NCBI GenBank assembly: GCA_051294375.1 | Contig: CM119266.1 | Location: forward strand, 1,741,554-1,805,553 | Length of the DNA: 64,000 nt | Source: Paraspadella gotoi | Lineage: Eukaryota; Animalia; Chaetognatha | Reading direction: 5' to 3' | In this document: one piece after another, positions 24,646 through 39,521 of the stretch | How the letters are laid out: each line of letters begins with the position of its first letter | Numbering within the stretch: position 1 is the stretch's first letter | Made by a program: the position numbers and the translations under genes | Notes under the pieces: model-generated | Seen by the model: the letters and a program-made list of their open reading frames with translations, nothing else | The model's database searches: none | What the model was told of the DNA's origin: nothing

Positions 24646-27600
24646 TGGAGAAATAGAGGAAAGTTAAATAGGCAAAATTGAAAGCAGGACGAAAAGTAAA
24701 AAAAGAGAGGAAAAAGAAATAAGAGGAGAATTAATTAGGCGACGACTTTTTGTGTTCGACGCGAATGGAGTAAAAATCTTTTCCCATTGTTTTCCATTTT
24801 CTTTCCGTGACGAGGATTTGGCGTGAGGGCGATTTAATGGCACGATGGCAAAATAGCGTTAATGAAAAATGGTGCAATAGATGACGTTGGGGAATTGGTC
24901 GGCGTGACGGTATTTCAATTTTCATCTTAGCGCAGAATGCTTGTTAGAAATGATTTTAATTCAAACAAATTCTCTTCGTGAATATCTGAATCACGTCAAT
25001 TGGTTTTAGTCTCAACTTTAATGATTTTATATTATCTTTACTCTCATTGGTCGAATAATTTTAAAGAAGACCTCTCTTCTCATTGGTCCATTAAATTTAG
25101 TCTTTGTATAAAAGAAAGGGCAACTTTAGTTAGTATTAAGTCTATTCTTAGATTTTCATAGGTCGGATTCGTTCGATATCCCGTGCAAATATTCCAGGTT
25201 CTCCCTCCACCGTCTAGGTTTTCAGGGGTACTTCTCCAGGTCTTTCCAGGTCTTCCCCATTTCTCCCACATCCCCCCTCGCCTGTTCGAGAGTCCAGCAT
25301 CTGCCGCCTCGAGGGTGAATTCAGTAATTGAGGGAAACGGAGAGAAAATAGCAGATGGCAAAATGGCGGGAAATGGCGATTGGCGCCAAGAGGCAAACGG
25401 CAAAATATAATATATAAAAAAAAAAACAACTTCTGTTTCGCCTCAGGGATTTTTGGTGGGAAGGAAAATATTATCAGTGCGGAAAAAGTAAAAGAAAAAC
25501 CTTTTCAATCCGTCTTGGTGATCTTTCTTTTTCTTTCTTTTATTTATTTTTCTTCTTTTTCATTCGAGGTCAAAACACGCGTGGTTTATACAATAAATAA
25601 TTTTTTTGTTGGATGTTGAATCATTATCATTTTTAATGACGGACTGACCGACCGAGAAGCGTCTCATTGAGATTAATAATTAGGATACAAAACTGAATAA
25701 AAATCAATGAAAATAAAATGCGAGACACGGCCGACAAAGAAAAAAAAATAGCAATTATACAACAAAGCCGAGTTAAAACAGATTTAAACAATAAACTTAC
25801 AAATTCAGTAAGATCCAAGAAATAAAAAGAAAAGAGAAACACAAAAATCACTCAACAAGCACACACAAAAAGGAAACGAGCCTCGACTCCAAATTTAGCC
25901 TAAAAAAAAAACAAAAAAAAAAACAAAAAAAACAAAAAAAACGACAGGAGAATCGTTTCCGTTTCTTCCTTTAGACTCTCGCACCAATTCTCTCTCTCTT
26001 CTCTCTCGTCTTCTCTCTCTCTCTCTCTCTCGCTCTCTCTTCTCCTCTCTCCGTCTCTCTCTCTCTCTCCAGCTCCTGACCCATCCCGCTCGTATACATT
26101 CACACCCGCCGTAGATCTCTGCTCCCTCTTCCTTTCTCTCCTCCCATCCCTCTCTCTTGTCTTCTTCGCTATGTTTCGGCCTCTCCTTCATTCTGCTTTC
26201 TCTTCTCTCTCTCTCTCTCTCTCCCTTTCCCTCTCGTCTCTCTCATCCTGACTCCATCTCCTGGTTATTTTCACATCCGCGTAGCTCTCTCCGCTCTTCC
26301 TTCTCCCTCTCTCGTCTCTCCTTTTGTTTCGCGTCTCCATCTCTTTCTCTCTCCCCCCTGTCTGGGTCTTTCCATCTTTCTCCTCCCTCCTCTCATTCTT
26401 TTTTTCTCTCTGTCTTCTCTCAACCTCGCTTGTCTGGGTTTATCTTCCATCATGTTCTTCTCACTCTTTCTCTCTCTCCGCTACTCGCTCCGCCCCCTTG
26501 CACGCGTGGCACGGCACTTGGAATGGAAAGCCCCTTCCGCTCTTCTCTTCCTCTCTACATCCTCCATCTCATCATCCTAACTCATACTCCGCTCTACTCT
26601 TTACATCTCTCGTAAAGAGAAATAATGAAGGGTGAGGAGGGCGGATTTTTTGGAGGGATCTTGGCTTTGATAGGGGTTATCTCGTGAGAGACGATAAGGT
26701 GAACGAGAGTTGCAAAAAGTTCCAATATTTTTGTTTATAGAGGAGGAGTGGGATAAAAGGTAATTTTGCGTGTCTTCTAGCACGCGACGAGAATGAGAGA
26801 AAGGAGAGAAGGAGAAAAGGATGGTACTGGCATCGGCGCGAGATACATGCTAGTGTCTCTATGGTGTATATATCTCGTCTCTCTCTCATCCTCGCTCTTC
26901 ACCCCCTTTCTCAGCGGCATCGGGTTGGGGACGGGAACGATTCCGCGTGGTTATTAAAGAGCCGGATTGGCTACGAGCGCCGGTGCGAATGAGAAAGAGC
27001 GAGAGAGAGGAGGATTGAAAAAGAGGAGAAAGGCGAGCGAGATGCTTTGAGATGGAGTCAATGAGAGCCAGATGAGCCGTGGAATGGATAAGCAGCTTCG
27101 CCGCCACAGCGAAAAGATTATCAGAAGAGATAGAGCGAGGGAAAGAGTTGAGAACGGAGCAGATAAAAGGAACATACGCTTTTAAACGAGAAGAAAAAAC
27201 CCAAAGTTCCTCGAGGTTTCGCTAACGGTTCTATGGCATACGATTGTAGGAGGGAAGAATTTCTGCGATTAAGAATTCACTTAGCGTATTTCTTTTGGTC
27301 CTCAGAATAAAAAAATAAAAAAAACCCAGAACCGAAGGAAATAAAAATAGGATCTGGGTTCTACGTCGATCGCAGGCGTCGCTATAAACCGAAGTCGAGG
27401 GCAAAGACACAAGAAAACGACCGACAAAAAAAAAAAAGAAAAAACAAAAGAATCGGTGTTTTCCCCGGGGAACTCTTGTGCTCGGAGTTCGGAATCGGTT
27501 TTTGTCGCCCTCGCTAAAAAAAAAAAAAAAAAAAACTTCCCGAGACTAAGCGGAAAATTAGCGATGGCTTAAACGTTCCGTCGGGTCGTCCCACTAGAGT

Positions 27601-27886
27601 GGGAGAGGGAGGAGGAGGGCCAGCTGGAGAGGAGGGGGGGAGAGAGAGGAGAGAGGAGAGAGACGAGGGATGTTGAGAGGGACTCGGGGGGCGGGGGGTG
27701 AGAAAGATCCCGCAAGATTTTGCGAAAAGATATCTATAATAGGTTAATATTCCAAAAGCTAAGTGCGGAAAGAGAAGACACATAGAAAACTCTGTGGATT
27801 ATCTCTCGGAGGAGAAAAGAAAAAAAAAATATTTGACGGTAGTTGCCGAGCATTTTTGCTCTCAACTGGCTTACATCATATATAGA

Positions 27887-30800
27887 CTAGTATGATGATA
27901 TTCTAATTGATACCAAGCCTTACATTTTCACCGGCATAATTTATTGACTCAAAAATTAAGTATTATCAGTAGTAATAATACACAAAACGAAAACAGCTAA
28001 GGTGAAGAATATAGTATAATGACATGTGTGACAGTGGTTTTGAGGAACGAGAAATTGAAACCACTCAAAATTACGAAATCGATGGAGTAGAGGAGAGTGA
28101 GAATGAATAGGAGAGGAGACAGGGAGCGTCACAAAAGGAGTGGTGAGGAAAAGATTGCTACCTTCCGGCGTGAGAGAAAAAGAGAAATAAATATAAAAGT
28201 CAACAAGTGCATTCTTGTCTTTGGTTTCTCCTCCGCGCTCTTAACAACGCACTTTTTGTTTCTCAGTCGGCCCGAGAAGTTGTGGGAGTTCTAATATCTT
28301 ATCTACAAACCTAACCAACAAGCCAAGATGATTAGCATTCTTTATTCCCTTTTCGGGTTACTTCTAATTCATAATCATCCCTACGGGACCGAGTCAACAT
28401 CTCCAATATTCTCACACGTTCCATACTATCATTCTGTCTCTATCTTTCTCTTGCTCTCTTCTTCGTCTCTCTCTGTGGTGTCTCTGTTTTTGGTCTCTCT
28501 ACTCTCTCTCTCTATCTAGATTTCTCTTTTCGGTCCTCTTTCTTTTCCTCGCTGCTTTGTCCGTTTTCACACTTTTCGTGTTCTTTCCTACATAGGGATA
28601 TGGTTCTTATTAATCCTCGGAACAGCCTGAACTTTGCTTTCGGCCGTTTATTCGGCGAGAAATATATTATCAATACGACTACGTTTTATGTTTGTGATTT
28701 CTTCTATTCGCTAGTTTAACCAGAGGCCGCGCTTATCTCCCCCCTCTCTTAAATAGCTCACAACCTTTTCTTCTCTGGGTGTGCCATACTTCGTTCTCAT
28801 CCTCTCATAAGGCTCCGATGGCTCCCCACCTCCTTTCCTATTCGTGCCCAATCCACGTCCCGCTCAATTTCTCATGCTGCATCTTTTTCTTTCTTCTTGG
28901 ATCCGCCAACGGTCTTATCTTGTCGTTTGCTCTTGCTGTGGTCTCTTCTAAAAGCGTGATGCCATTGGCTCTCTGTCTTAGCTCAGGTTCTCTTACTTTA
29001 CTCTCTCTCTCTCTTCTCTCTTTTTATCTCTCTCTTACTCTTCTCTACTTTCTATACTTTCTCTCTTACAATCTCTCTAATAAGAAAACTGGTGATTTTT
29101 TCGATATTTCTTTCGTTCAATTATCAAACCTTAAATCCGGGGAAAGAAATCTCAATGAAAACTCTGCGGAAAGAAACTGAGTGATTTTTGCAGCTAAAAG
29201 GCTTCAACCAAAATGTAGTTGTTTCTCGAGAGCGAACTTTTTTTCACCAGATTTGTTCATTTTGGTACAAGAGAAAAAAAATATATGTCGATACTCTCTC
29301 TCATAGTTTAAAAACCATCAAACCGTGAACCTTAACCTGCGTGGAGTAAACAACATCTCTCGAGAAGTAGATTTGATATATCATGTAAACAAATTATTAA
29401 ATCCTCATACTAAACAAGTCATTAGTATTTGTCTTTTTCTAGATTATATGTATACTTTTCGATCACATCTTTCAGGATTATCATAGGTCGCTCCTTCCTT
29501 GGACTGTGAATATACATTTCTAAACTGCTCAGTAGAAAAAAATACTTTGAAACAAAAGAATATCTTTTTTGGTTTAATCATCTCACTCTCGTGTATTAAA
29601 TAATTCTAAAAAAGGAAAAAACTCGCGGAGACAGAGTAGAGAACGAACGAAATTACAGCAATGTGTCTCGGGAAAAAGCGTGAGAATTAGAGAAAACTAA
29701 AAATAAAAAGCGTAAGATAATAAAGAGAGCTATATAACAGAGAGAGAAAAAAAATTAAATAATAACCATATATATTTGACGTATTCTCGTGTCTCTTTTT
29801 CTCTTCTTCTCTTCATCAATCCCTTCAAATTCCGATCGTGATGTGAAGCATTCCCACTCTGCTATCTCACGGTTATCTTTTTTTCGTGCTTTCCGATATC
29901 TTTCAACCGATCAATATTTTTAAAAAAAAATGACGGAAAGAAATTTGAAACACAAAATTTTGTTGTTGCGGAAGAAACCTTTTGCGTAGTTTTGCGAAAC
30001 AAAACGTGGCATCACATTGACCAGTTGTTTTTACTCTCTCCGTCACGGATGCATGCGCGTTCTATCCGTCCATTGATGTTTTCAACCCGTTTGTAAAATT
30101 TTAATTTCGGCCTCTGCGTCTCTTAGAATAGTATTAAATTTTCGTTCTTCTGTACGTTGATTTTATTTTTTCTTTTTCCAATTTCCGACAAATTAAATAT
30201 TATGTCGTCATACGCTGGGTTGTCATCATTCTCGATCCTCAAATTCCGCTCGACCAAATAATAAATTTCGGAAGCCGAGAAATGATATAATTCTAATCGC
30301 AACCAAAGAAAAAAGGAAGGAAAACAAAAAAAATCAAGTCGCTCCGTTTATGATGTTTCCGATCCGTAACGAGACATTTCTTCATTCAATAGCCAGTCGA
30401 TTGAATGAAGGGAATAGTGTGAAAAAATCCTGCCGAACCAGAGATGAGTGAGACAATGAACTGCGGGGAAAGTGGCATGAGACGAGAAAAAAGAAGAAAA
30501 AAGACTCTCAGAGATGAGACGAGAGAGCGAGAGAAAGAGAGATGCACGATGAGATAGAGAGAGAGAGAGACGAAGACCTTTTCTCTGCCCAGAGAGCGGC
30601 GTTCGCAGCAATTTCATTACGCGGTCGGTATTCGAGCCCCCGTCGCGATCACGAATCCACCAAAACTCGGTCTTTTTCTTTCTCTCTCTCTCTCTCTCTG
30701 CTCTCTCTTCTTCTCTCTCTTCTCTCTCTCTCTCTCTCTCTCCTATTCTCTCACTCTCTTCCTCTCGTCGTCTCTCTCCATGCGTCTCTCTCTCTTCGCA

Positions 30801-33800
30801 CTCGCTGAGTTATTCTGGGTGCTTGCGGGCGCCCCGCGCCGCCGGGCTGCGGGTGGGCTCGGACCCTTTGGTGGATCGACCCCAATCACCTACACGACTG
30901 GCCTCGACCGTTCGCTGCGTCGTCCATGCGTCATTCTCTTCTCTTCTCTACTCTCTTCTCTCTCTCCTTCTCTCCTCTCGTCTCTCTCTTCTGCTCTCTC
31001 TCTCTCTCCTCTCTCTCTCTCCCTCTCCGTGTGGATAGGGTGGGATGAGAGACACATCGGTAGAGAATCCTCGGCACCAACGTGTGCATGAAATCCCTTC
31101 GGAGTTGACAAAACGGTGAAACGGATTTAAAAAACAAAAGACAACAATATTCAGAAGAGACTACAAACGTCTCACGCGGCGACCACGACATGCTGGCATA
31201 ACTACTGGTCTTTATCATCACCAATCCTACCTCACGTGACGCCATCATTTCCCTTCGATAGTCTATGGTAAGTTCTGCTATCCTCGATAACACTTTCATA
31301 AGGAAACAGAGACGAGAGCCGGACACGATGTGGGACAAATTTTTGACGCGAATAAAATAAAAACAGAAAAGAAGAAAGAAAAAAACAAGAAAAATTAATC
31401 GCAATTAGCGCAAAGAAAAAAAAAACGGACCATGGAAAATAAAAGACTTCTATATTCACTTTCAATTACGAAGAGAAAACGAAAAGCAGTGGCCATTAGT
31501 CCTTGTTTGGTAAATCGCTTTCTGAAAAGTTTAGCAACACATTGGAAAAAACATATATATTGAAGAAATCTCCTGCGTGAATGCAATGAAGATATATATG
31601 AAACAAATTTGCTAAAACGATGGAAATAATTTGACACACTAAATGAAATGAAAAGATAGAAAAGTAGAGAGAGACTCATGTTTGAGAAGGAAGAAAGTAA
31701 AAGAGAAACTTCGAGAACTACCATGAGAGTAACGAGAGAGAAATAAGAGAAGATCTCAATTCGATTCGCTTTCTCAGAATCTCTCGAACACCTCAAGTGT
31801 AATTGACGAAGTGTTAATTCGTCATTCGAGTTGCAGTAAAGTCTTCACTCCAGGTCGTCTCGCGATTGGCGCCATTAACTGCGACGCACGACGCACGACG
31901 ACAAGACAAGTTCGCGAAGCAGATAGTGCGAGTTGTTCATTCGAGGAGGAGTCTAGACACCTCGCTTTAACGACGTTATAGACGACGCGCATGACTACAA
32001 AAATTTACGACGCTCTCCCCCTCGCGACTGCAGCACCGAGTACAGCCCCCCCCCTCGAGTGAGTGCGACTCGAACATGACTCAGTCGAAATCATAGAGAG
32101 ACGGATGGAGAAGCAATACCGAATAGAACGGGAGAGAGAGAGTTCATCTTCGATTCCAACTTGAATTATCATCGGCCCCCACGACGAGTGTTATCCGCAC
32201 TTACTCATTCGTCACTTCGCAGCCAAACGAGAACACTCACATGTCTCCAATTCTAACCAACAATACCAGCGCACCGTAGCACTCGCCTCCGACTCCGGCT
32301 CGCCAGAAAATCTATATGAGCGAGAGTCGGGTTCGCCGCAGGTTGGGATAGACTACAAAGTTTGACTTCTCAGAGGGAAAGCGGTCGCTTCCACCCACAT
32401 CAGAGCAGGAGAGAAGTTGGTAGAATGAGGCACGTAGAGTTAGAGCTAGGGAAAGATGCGTTAGATGAGAGATTGCGCAACGAAGACTGATACAATCAAC
32501 GCAAGAGTTTACTAAGAAGCATTGAGGATAGATAGGGAATGAAGTGAAAGAAGAGATGGTATAAACTAAATATAAATGAGATGAATTAGAGATTACTGTT
32601 ATACTATTCAATGGCATATGAAGCGTTTTCAGAAGCAGCCACAGAAGATTTTAATCAATAATCAGATTGTTAGACCGGTCAGAAAAGAAATGTGAGCGTT
32701 TCGTTCCATCGGATGCCGATGGGGGATGGAGGAACAGTGAGAAGACAATCCGATGACAGACCGGGTGAGCGTCTTTGATGATAATCACTGACAGGAGTGA
32801 GCTATAGGACGTGCCATGCGGATGAAAGGGGATTGGACAGGAGGGGAAGGAAAGAAGGGTGTCGAGTAAGGACCGAAAATCTGAAGGCGGAGCCGCTTTC
32901 CTCCTGCGCTCCTGCCTCCGTGCCTGCCTACACCGACGCGCCACTTACCCGCGCTCCTCCGTGTCCATGAGAATGTCAGACTCTGTATCTATGTCATATT
33001 TGGTGCTCTCGATCATCTAGTGATCTTTAAGAGTAATCGTCGGAGAACGATAAGAGACAGAGTGTCGTTGCGGTAGGTACGCTCATTGGATGCCTTGATT
33101 AGATGATATTGCGTTTTTATTGTGGCTTTCACTAGAGCAGGTTCGATACTATCTAGTAACCTCCTGTTGTTGATACTATATTCTTTCATATCCCTTTATT
33201 ACAATTATGGAATGTTCAATATGTCTGGTCGGCCGTTTCTTAGATATTTCTAAGATCCGTGCTGGTATAATTTGGCTCGTAGGTTTAAAATTCCGTCGTC
33301 GTCGTATTCGTCGTCCCTCCCAGTTGTTGTTCTATTTGTGGTCTCTCCTTGCTTGTTGTGCTGTGTGGTTGTGATTTATATATTAGAGAGCCAAGAGTTA
33401 TTCTCCTCCGAGCTCCTCTCTTTTTGAGACCGAGTTCTTAAATATAAAGGTATTATACGTTGGTTTAGTATAGAGATTATCAGATCTTTTCTTTCGCACA
33501 GTGATTTTTTTCAGGCAGACGATATATGAATTTGTCCCCAGTGTTCTGTTTACAAATGTTTATCTTTGTAAATAATATAGATATGATTCTCACTGATAAG
33601 TTTTTTAATTTGTTGCTATAGCTGACTTGTTTATTTCTTTCTCTTGTTCACCGTCACTTAAATCCCTCTCTCGAGCGAAATTCCCAAACTTTACTTTCAG
33701 ATTCCATTTTTCAGTTATCCTTTATAAATATCTTTGAGTCGTCGTCGTTGCTTGTTTGATAATATTTAACTTTTTCTGTTTTTTACAGTATCTTAGAAAG

Positions 33801-35610
33801 CGTGTGTTAATGAAGGAACAAACATTGTTTAGAATAACTTTGGTTTGTTTTCCTTACGCTCCACAGTCGGGCTGCTCCTATTTTTACTCCATTGATTGAG
33901 TTTATTGCTGGAGAAAACAATGTTTCGTCGTGGCGATACACATGTTGTTTCCGTCGTGTCTGTCTGACCTTTTAGTACTGTTGTTCTCGTCGCGACACTA
34001 ATCGTTTGACTTAATTATTATCTTTCCTCGTACAGTCGCGCTTACATTTGTAATTATGATTTACGGTTCGGATACGTCTACTGTCGTCATGTCGTCTTTT
34101 TAATTTTTGTGTTTTTCCGAAAAATGTCGAGTGGTCGAGACGCCGTCCAATCTGTGTTCTCTAATTTTTATTTGTCGTCCTTTGGGTTACATTCGTCCGA
34201 AATTCAAAAAAAAAAGAGAATCTCAGAATAGATACGATGTAAAAACACATTTTCTGTCCAAAAACGTGCGAGTTTGAAATGATCATTTCTATTGAAGTAC
34301 CACGTATACGCTAGAGAAAATGACACTGACTGATACCCGATGAATTTCTCGACCACTGTGAAGTGATATATTCTCCCAATTATACGAGAATACGATGGGC
34401 ATTACGTGGAGTTAACGGAGGGACATGAGCGAATCTCGGACAAAAGAGAATAGATCCATCGATGGAGAGATCCAGGCCAGAGGATGAGAGACGTATTGGA
34501 CGAGAGATAGGGAGAGGTAGACTGTGAGAGAGATTGACGAGATGACGAGAGGAGCAGGAGGAGAGAGATCGTGCGATGGCCATATCTCTATTCGATTTGT
34601 CGAAGGATGCAGCATCAAGCATCGTCATCAGCTGTCTCTCCATCGATCTTTGGGGGTCAGGGGCAAGGCGTTTTGTATCGCTCCTCTCCCTCTCTCTCTT
34701 CTCTCTCTCTACCATCCATCTCATCATCTCCATCTCATCTCCTCTCATCCTACTCTCTCGTCTTCTCTCTCTCCTCTCTCTCTTCGCACCGTCATCCCAC
34801 CCTCCTCTTTCCCTCTGCCTTCTCCGACTAATTTTACACAAACATAACGCTTGCGTCGCCTTCGAAGGCCACTCACCCTCTTCGGATTACATTCTGAAGG
34901 GGCTGCTCTTAGGTTTCATTACTTCTGTCGTCACGTATAATCACTCGAGGCATAACTGAAACACGTAGATACGACAACACACTTTCGAATTGCCGTCCCC
35001 TTCTTTTATTATCTCAGCTACCATGCCTCTTAATTGTTGGGTTGCCATGGCATTTCACCCTTTTATGCCATCTTTATCAAGTAATTTTCTATGCATCCCG
35101 TCTTTATTGTATTGTTGCCATCATCTCAGGTTAAAAGGGGCTTTGTCCTCCGAGATGGAATGGGTAAGGTTTATGAGGTGCGCTGGCCGTTCTGCTCTAG
35201 GCGTTTTCTCTCGTTTCCGCTGCTCGGGACTTTTCTTTAAAGCTGGTTAAATAAGCGGGATGCGAGGGGGGGGAGGATCAGAGAGGAAGAGGAGATGAAG
35301 AGAAGAGAGGAAAGAGGAAGAGGAGGGAAGAATATATAGAGAAGAAGAGTAGTGAGATTGACATTATGTAGCATCGATCGACATGACATCCATCTTCTTC
35401 CCCCTCGATCCTCGTGACTCACGAACCCTCCACCAAGAGGGAAGAAGAAGAGAGAGAAAGAGAGACTGAGAGAGGAGAAGAGAGAGAGCAGGATGAGGAA
35501 GAGATGGAGAGTGAGAAGATGCTGACTATGAACCCAGGAGTAGACGATATAAAAAGCGCAGGGAAGTAATTTGGTTTTTCATGATTGAATAAATTTTGTT
35601 ATGCACCGAG
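27887..35610 (+). other. Error-rich direct copy of 35876-39650 (probable raw long-read gap fill)
   Basis: Colinear anchors, e.g. GATACCAAGCCTTACATT (27910/35894), AATTAATCGCAATTAGCGCAAAG (31393/37101), CAATCCGATGACAGACCG (32746/37976), GCTGACTATGAACCCAG (35521/39575); dense small insertions. Confidence 0.85.
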
Positions 35611-35850
35611 GGACTTTGCTAACAGCTTAAAATAAATATAGTTAAAGGTGCGAATTATAAAAAAAAAAAAGTCGGTGATTGAGGGGGTAAATGAAAAAAG
35701 CTGTTCGTAGCTCTCTAGAGAGATAATTTATTAATAACGAGTTTGAAATCTGGAGATTTTTTTGTGGTTTTCCGATTCCGCGCACGCGCAGCAACCTGGG
35801 TGTGGCGCGTTTTTTGTTTAGTTGCTGACACAGGGACTTTGACAAGCAAA

Positions 35851-35875
35851 NNNNNNNNNNNNNNNNNNNNNNNNN
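35851..35875. other. Assembly gap, 25 N (identical 25-N gaps at 39529-39553, 42454-42478, 48442-48466)
   Basis: Counted directly; all four have the same placeholder length. Confidence 0.99.
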
Positions 35876-37542
35876 CTAGTATGATATATCTATGATACCA
35901 AGCCTTACATTTCACCGGCATAATTATTGACAAAATTAAGTTTACGTAGTAATAAGACATCAAAACGAAACAGCGGTTGAAATAAATAATGACATTTGAA
36001 GTGTTTTGAGAAGAGAAATGAAACCAAAAAATTCGAAATCGATGGAGAGAGAGAGAGACAGAGAGAGAGAGACAGAGAGAGAGAGAATAAAGTCGTCTGC
36101 CTCCCACGATGTCGAGTGGGAAATTATAATCCAATGATTAGCGTTACTATTTATACGGGCTAATTCACACGCTCTCTAATGCTCTGTCTCTATTTGTCCC
36201 TCGGGTCTGCTTTCTCTCGATCTGTGTGTGTCTCTGTTTTGGTCTCTCTCTCTCCTCTCTCTATCTAATTCCTTCGGTCTTTTCTTCCCCGCTTTCCGTT
36301 TTCACAACTTTCGTGTTTTCCAATGGTTTAATTAAACGGAACAGCTGCTTGCTGGAGTTTTATGGAATTATTTTCGAAAAGTGATCTTTATTGTTTAACA
36401 AGAGGCGGTTACTCTCTCTCTCCTCTGTCTCTCTCCTCTCCCTCTGTCTCTCTGTCGCTCTCTCTCTGTCTCTTTCTCCCTCTCTCCCTCTCTCTCTCTC
36501 CTTTCTCTCTCTCTCTCTCTTTCATCTCTCTCATCCTCTCTGTCTCTCTCTCTCGTTCTACGTCTCTCTCAAAGAACTGTATCGATAATTCTTTCGTCAT
36601 TACAACCTTAAAACCGGATAAAATCTATGAAAAGCTCTGGAAAAATAGTTTGAGCTAAATATTCAACAAATCGTAGTTTTTCTTCGCGAATTTTTTCACC
36701 AATTTGTTCATTTGAAAAAAAAAGAAGAAAAAATCTTCGATGCGTAAAAAACACGAGTAGATTTGTTAGTAAACAAAAATTATAATCCTCTATAAATCAT
36801 AGTTTTCTTTTTTCTAATTATTTTCTTTCTTCCTCATTCAGGAATTCTGGTCGCTCCTTCCTTGACTGGAATTAAAATCCGAAAAAAATACTTTGAAACA
36901 AAAGAATTCTTTTTTTTTAATTTCGACTTCATTTAAATAATTGAAAAAAGAAAAAAGAAAAAAGGCGGAAAAAGTGGAAAAACTAATAAAAAGAAGATAA
37001 AAAACTAATAAAGACGAAAAAAAATCCTATTTGCGTTTTTCTCTGTGGGACATTTTACGCGAATAAAATAAAAACAAAAAGAAAGAAAGAAAAAACAAAA
37101 AATTAATCGCAATTAGCGCAAAGAAAAAAAAAACGGACATAAAATAAAAGACTTCTATTCACTTCAATTACGAAGAAAAACGAAACCAGTGGCCATTAGC
37201 CTTGTTTGTAAATCGCTTTCTAAAAGTTTAACAATTGAAAAAAAACTTTAAAATTCCTGTATCAATAATATTATAACAAATTCTAAACTGAAATAATTTC
37301 AACTAAATAATAAACAAAAATAAAATATTTAAAAAAAAATTAAAAAAAAACTTGAAACTACATAGTACTATAATAGTTGATCGCTTTCTCGATTTGAAAA
37401 TAAAGTTTGACGAGTTTAATTTCGTCATTCGATTGATAAGTCATGCGCGTTGGATTAACTGCGACGACGACGACGACGAAGAAGAAAACGACGATCGCGA
37501 CGACGAAGACGACGACGTCATCGACGCTCTATCTCCCGCTGG

Positions 37543-37588
<46 letters not shown>

Positions 37589-37686
37589 TGAGAGAGAGAG
37601 TTGATTAAAACTTGGAAATTATCATCGGCCCCCACGACGTTAAAATTTCATCGTACGAGCAACGAGAACTATTTAATTCCTACAAC

Positions 37687-37694
37687 ATGGAAAG
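37687..37694 (+). CDS. Probable start-codon exon of the carboxylesterase/neuroligin-like gene (ATG GAA AG)
   Basis: CAACATGG start context, AAG|GTGAGG donor; phase 2 joins exon 45417 to give MERFCVVIFILGLASTLGQ. Lies in a region of doubtful base quality. Confidence 0.55.
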
Positions 37695-38214
37695 GTGAGG
37701 CTGATATGGTGCAAAATACATAGGGTCGGGTGAGGGTAGAGTAAGTTTGTGTAAGGAGGGGAGAATGGTAATGGCGTGTTGCTAGGAGATCTTGTGGATG
37801 CGAACAAAACTGATACAATCAACCAAGTTACTAAGATTGTATAGGAGAAGTGAAAAGATTAAAACTAAAATATTAATGATAATTAATTACTGATAATCAA
37901 TGGCATTATGACTTTAAAGCGCCATTAATATTCAATTGAGAGAAAAGAAATTCCGATTATCGATGACATGAAAGACAATCCGATGACAGACCGTTGCGTC
38001 TATGATAATCAATGACAGAGTAGGCGTGGCCATGATGAATTGACAGGAGGGAAAAAAGGTGTCGAGTTAAGCCGAAAATCTGAAGGGAGGAGCCGCTTCC
38101 TCCTCCTCCTCCTCCTCCTCCTCCCGACGCCCCTTACCCGCGCTTCCTCCGGGTCATAAATGTCAGACTCTGTATTTGCTTTTGTCTCTCTCTCTGTCGT
38201 CTTAGTAATCGTCG

Positions 38215-38246
<32 letters not shown>

Positions 38247-39489
38247 TTGGCCTTGGATGGTTTCTCGTTTTCATTGTGGCTTTCGCGTTCGATATATCTA
38301 CATTTTTTTTCCTTCCCTTTATTACAATAGAATGTAGTTTGGCCGGATTTCTAAGATTCTCTGTTATTGACGTCGTCGTCGTCGTATTCGTCGTCCTCCC
38401 AGTTGTTTTCATTTGTTTGTTATCCTTGTTGTTGTTGCTGTTGTTATTATTGAGAGCCAAGAGTCTCCCTCGTCCCTTTGACTCGTTAAAAGGTTTTTTT
38501 TTATTTTTAGTTTTTCCTTCGAATATTTTTTTCGCCCCATCTTCTGTTTTTTTTCTGTTTGTTTGTTTGTTCCTTGTTTTTTTTTGTTTGTTGACTTTTT
38601 TCTTTTCTTTGTTCCTCACTTAATCCCATGAAATCCAAACTTTATCAGATTCCATTTTCTTCTTTATTTTGTCGTCGTTGTTGTTGTCGTCGTCGTCAAA
38701 GTTGCGCTTTTTGTTTTCTTAGTTGATATTTTCGATAATTCTATTCCCGAAGTCGTCGTCATCGTCGTTGTCGTCATCGTCGTTGACTTTGTCGTTGTCG
38801 TCGTCGTTGTCGTCTTTTTTTTTTCCGTGATGGTCAACGCGTCATTTTTTAATTTTTATTGTCTCCTTTGAGTAGATTCTCGTTCAAAAAAGATCTCTCT
38901 TAACCTTTCTTCCTCATTTAATGTCATTTCTATTGTCCACATCATCTTTGTCACAATATATATTATATTACAATACGATGGAGCATTCTGTAAGACACTG
39001 GATGTCCATCTGTCGGTCTGTCCCACTAACATTTAAAACCTTATAACTAACAATGGGACATTTAGATCAATACGTTTACCGTGAGACCCTCTTCACAAAA
39101 TGCTCTTAGGTTTCATACTTCTGTCGTGACGTAATAATCACTCGAGGAAATGAACACGTGATACGAAACACCTTCGAATTGCCGTTTCTTCTTTTATTAT
39201 CTCAGCATACCATGCCCTCTTTATTGTGGTTGCCATCATTTCACCCTTTGATGCCATCTTTATCAGTATTTCTATGATGCCGTCTTTATTGTTGTTGCCA
39301 TCATCTCGGTAAAAGGGGCTTTTGTGTTAAGGTTTATTGTCGCTGCCTTCTGCTCTCTTTTCTCTCTTTCCGCTCGGATTTTCTTTAAAGCTGTAAAAGC
39401 GATGCAAAACGCGAAGTTGGAGGGCGGATAGAGAGAAGAGAGAGGAGAGAGAGAGAGGAGGATGAAGCGAGAAAGGCGACGAGATGATT

Positions 39490-39521
<32 letters not shown>

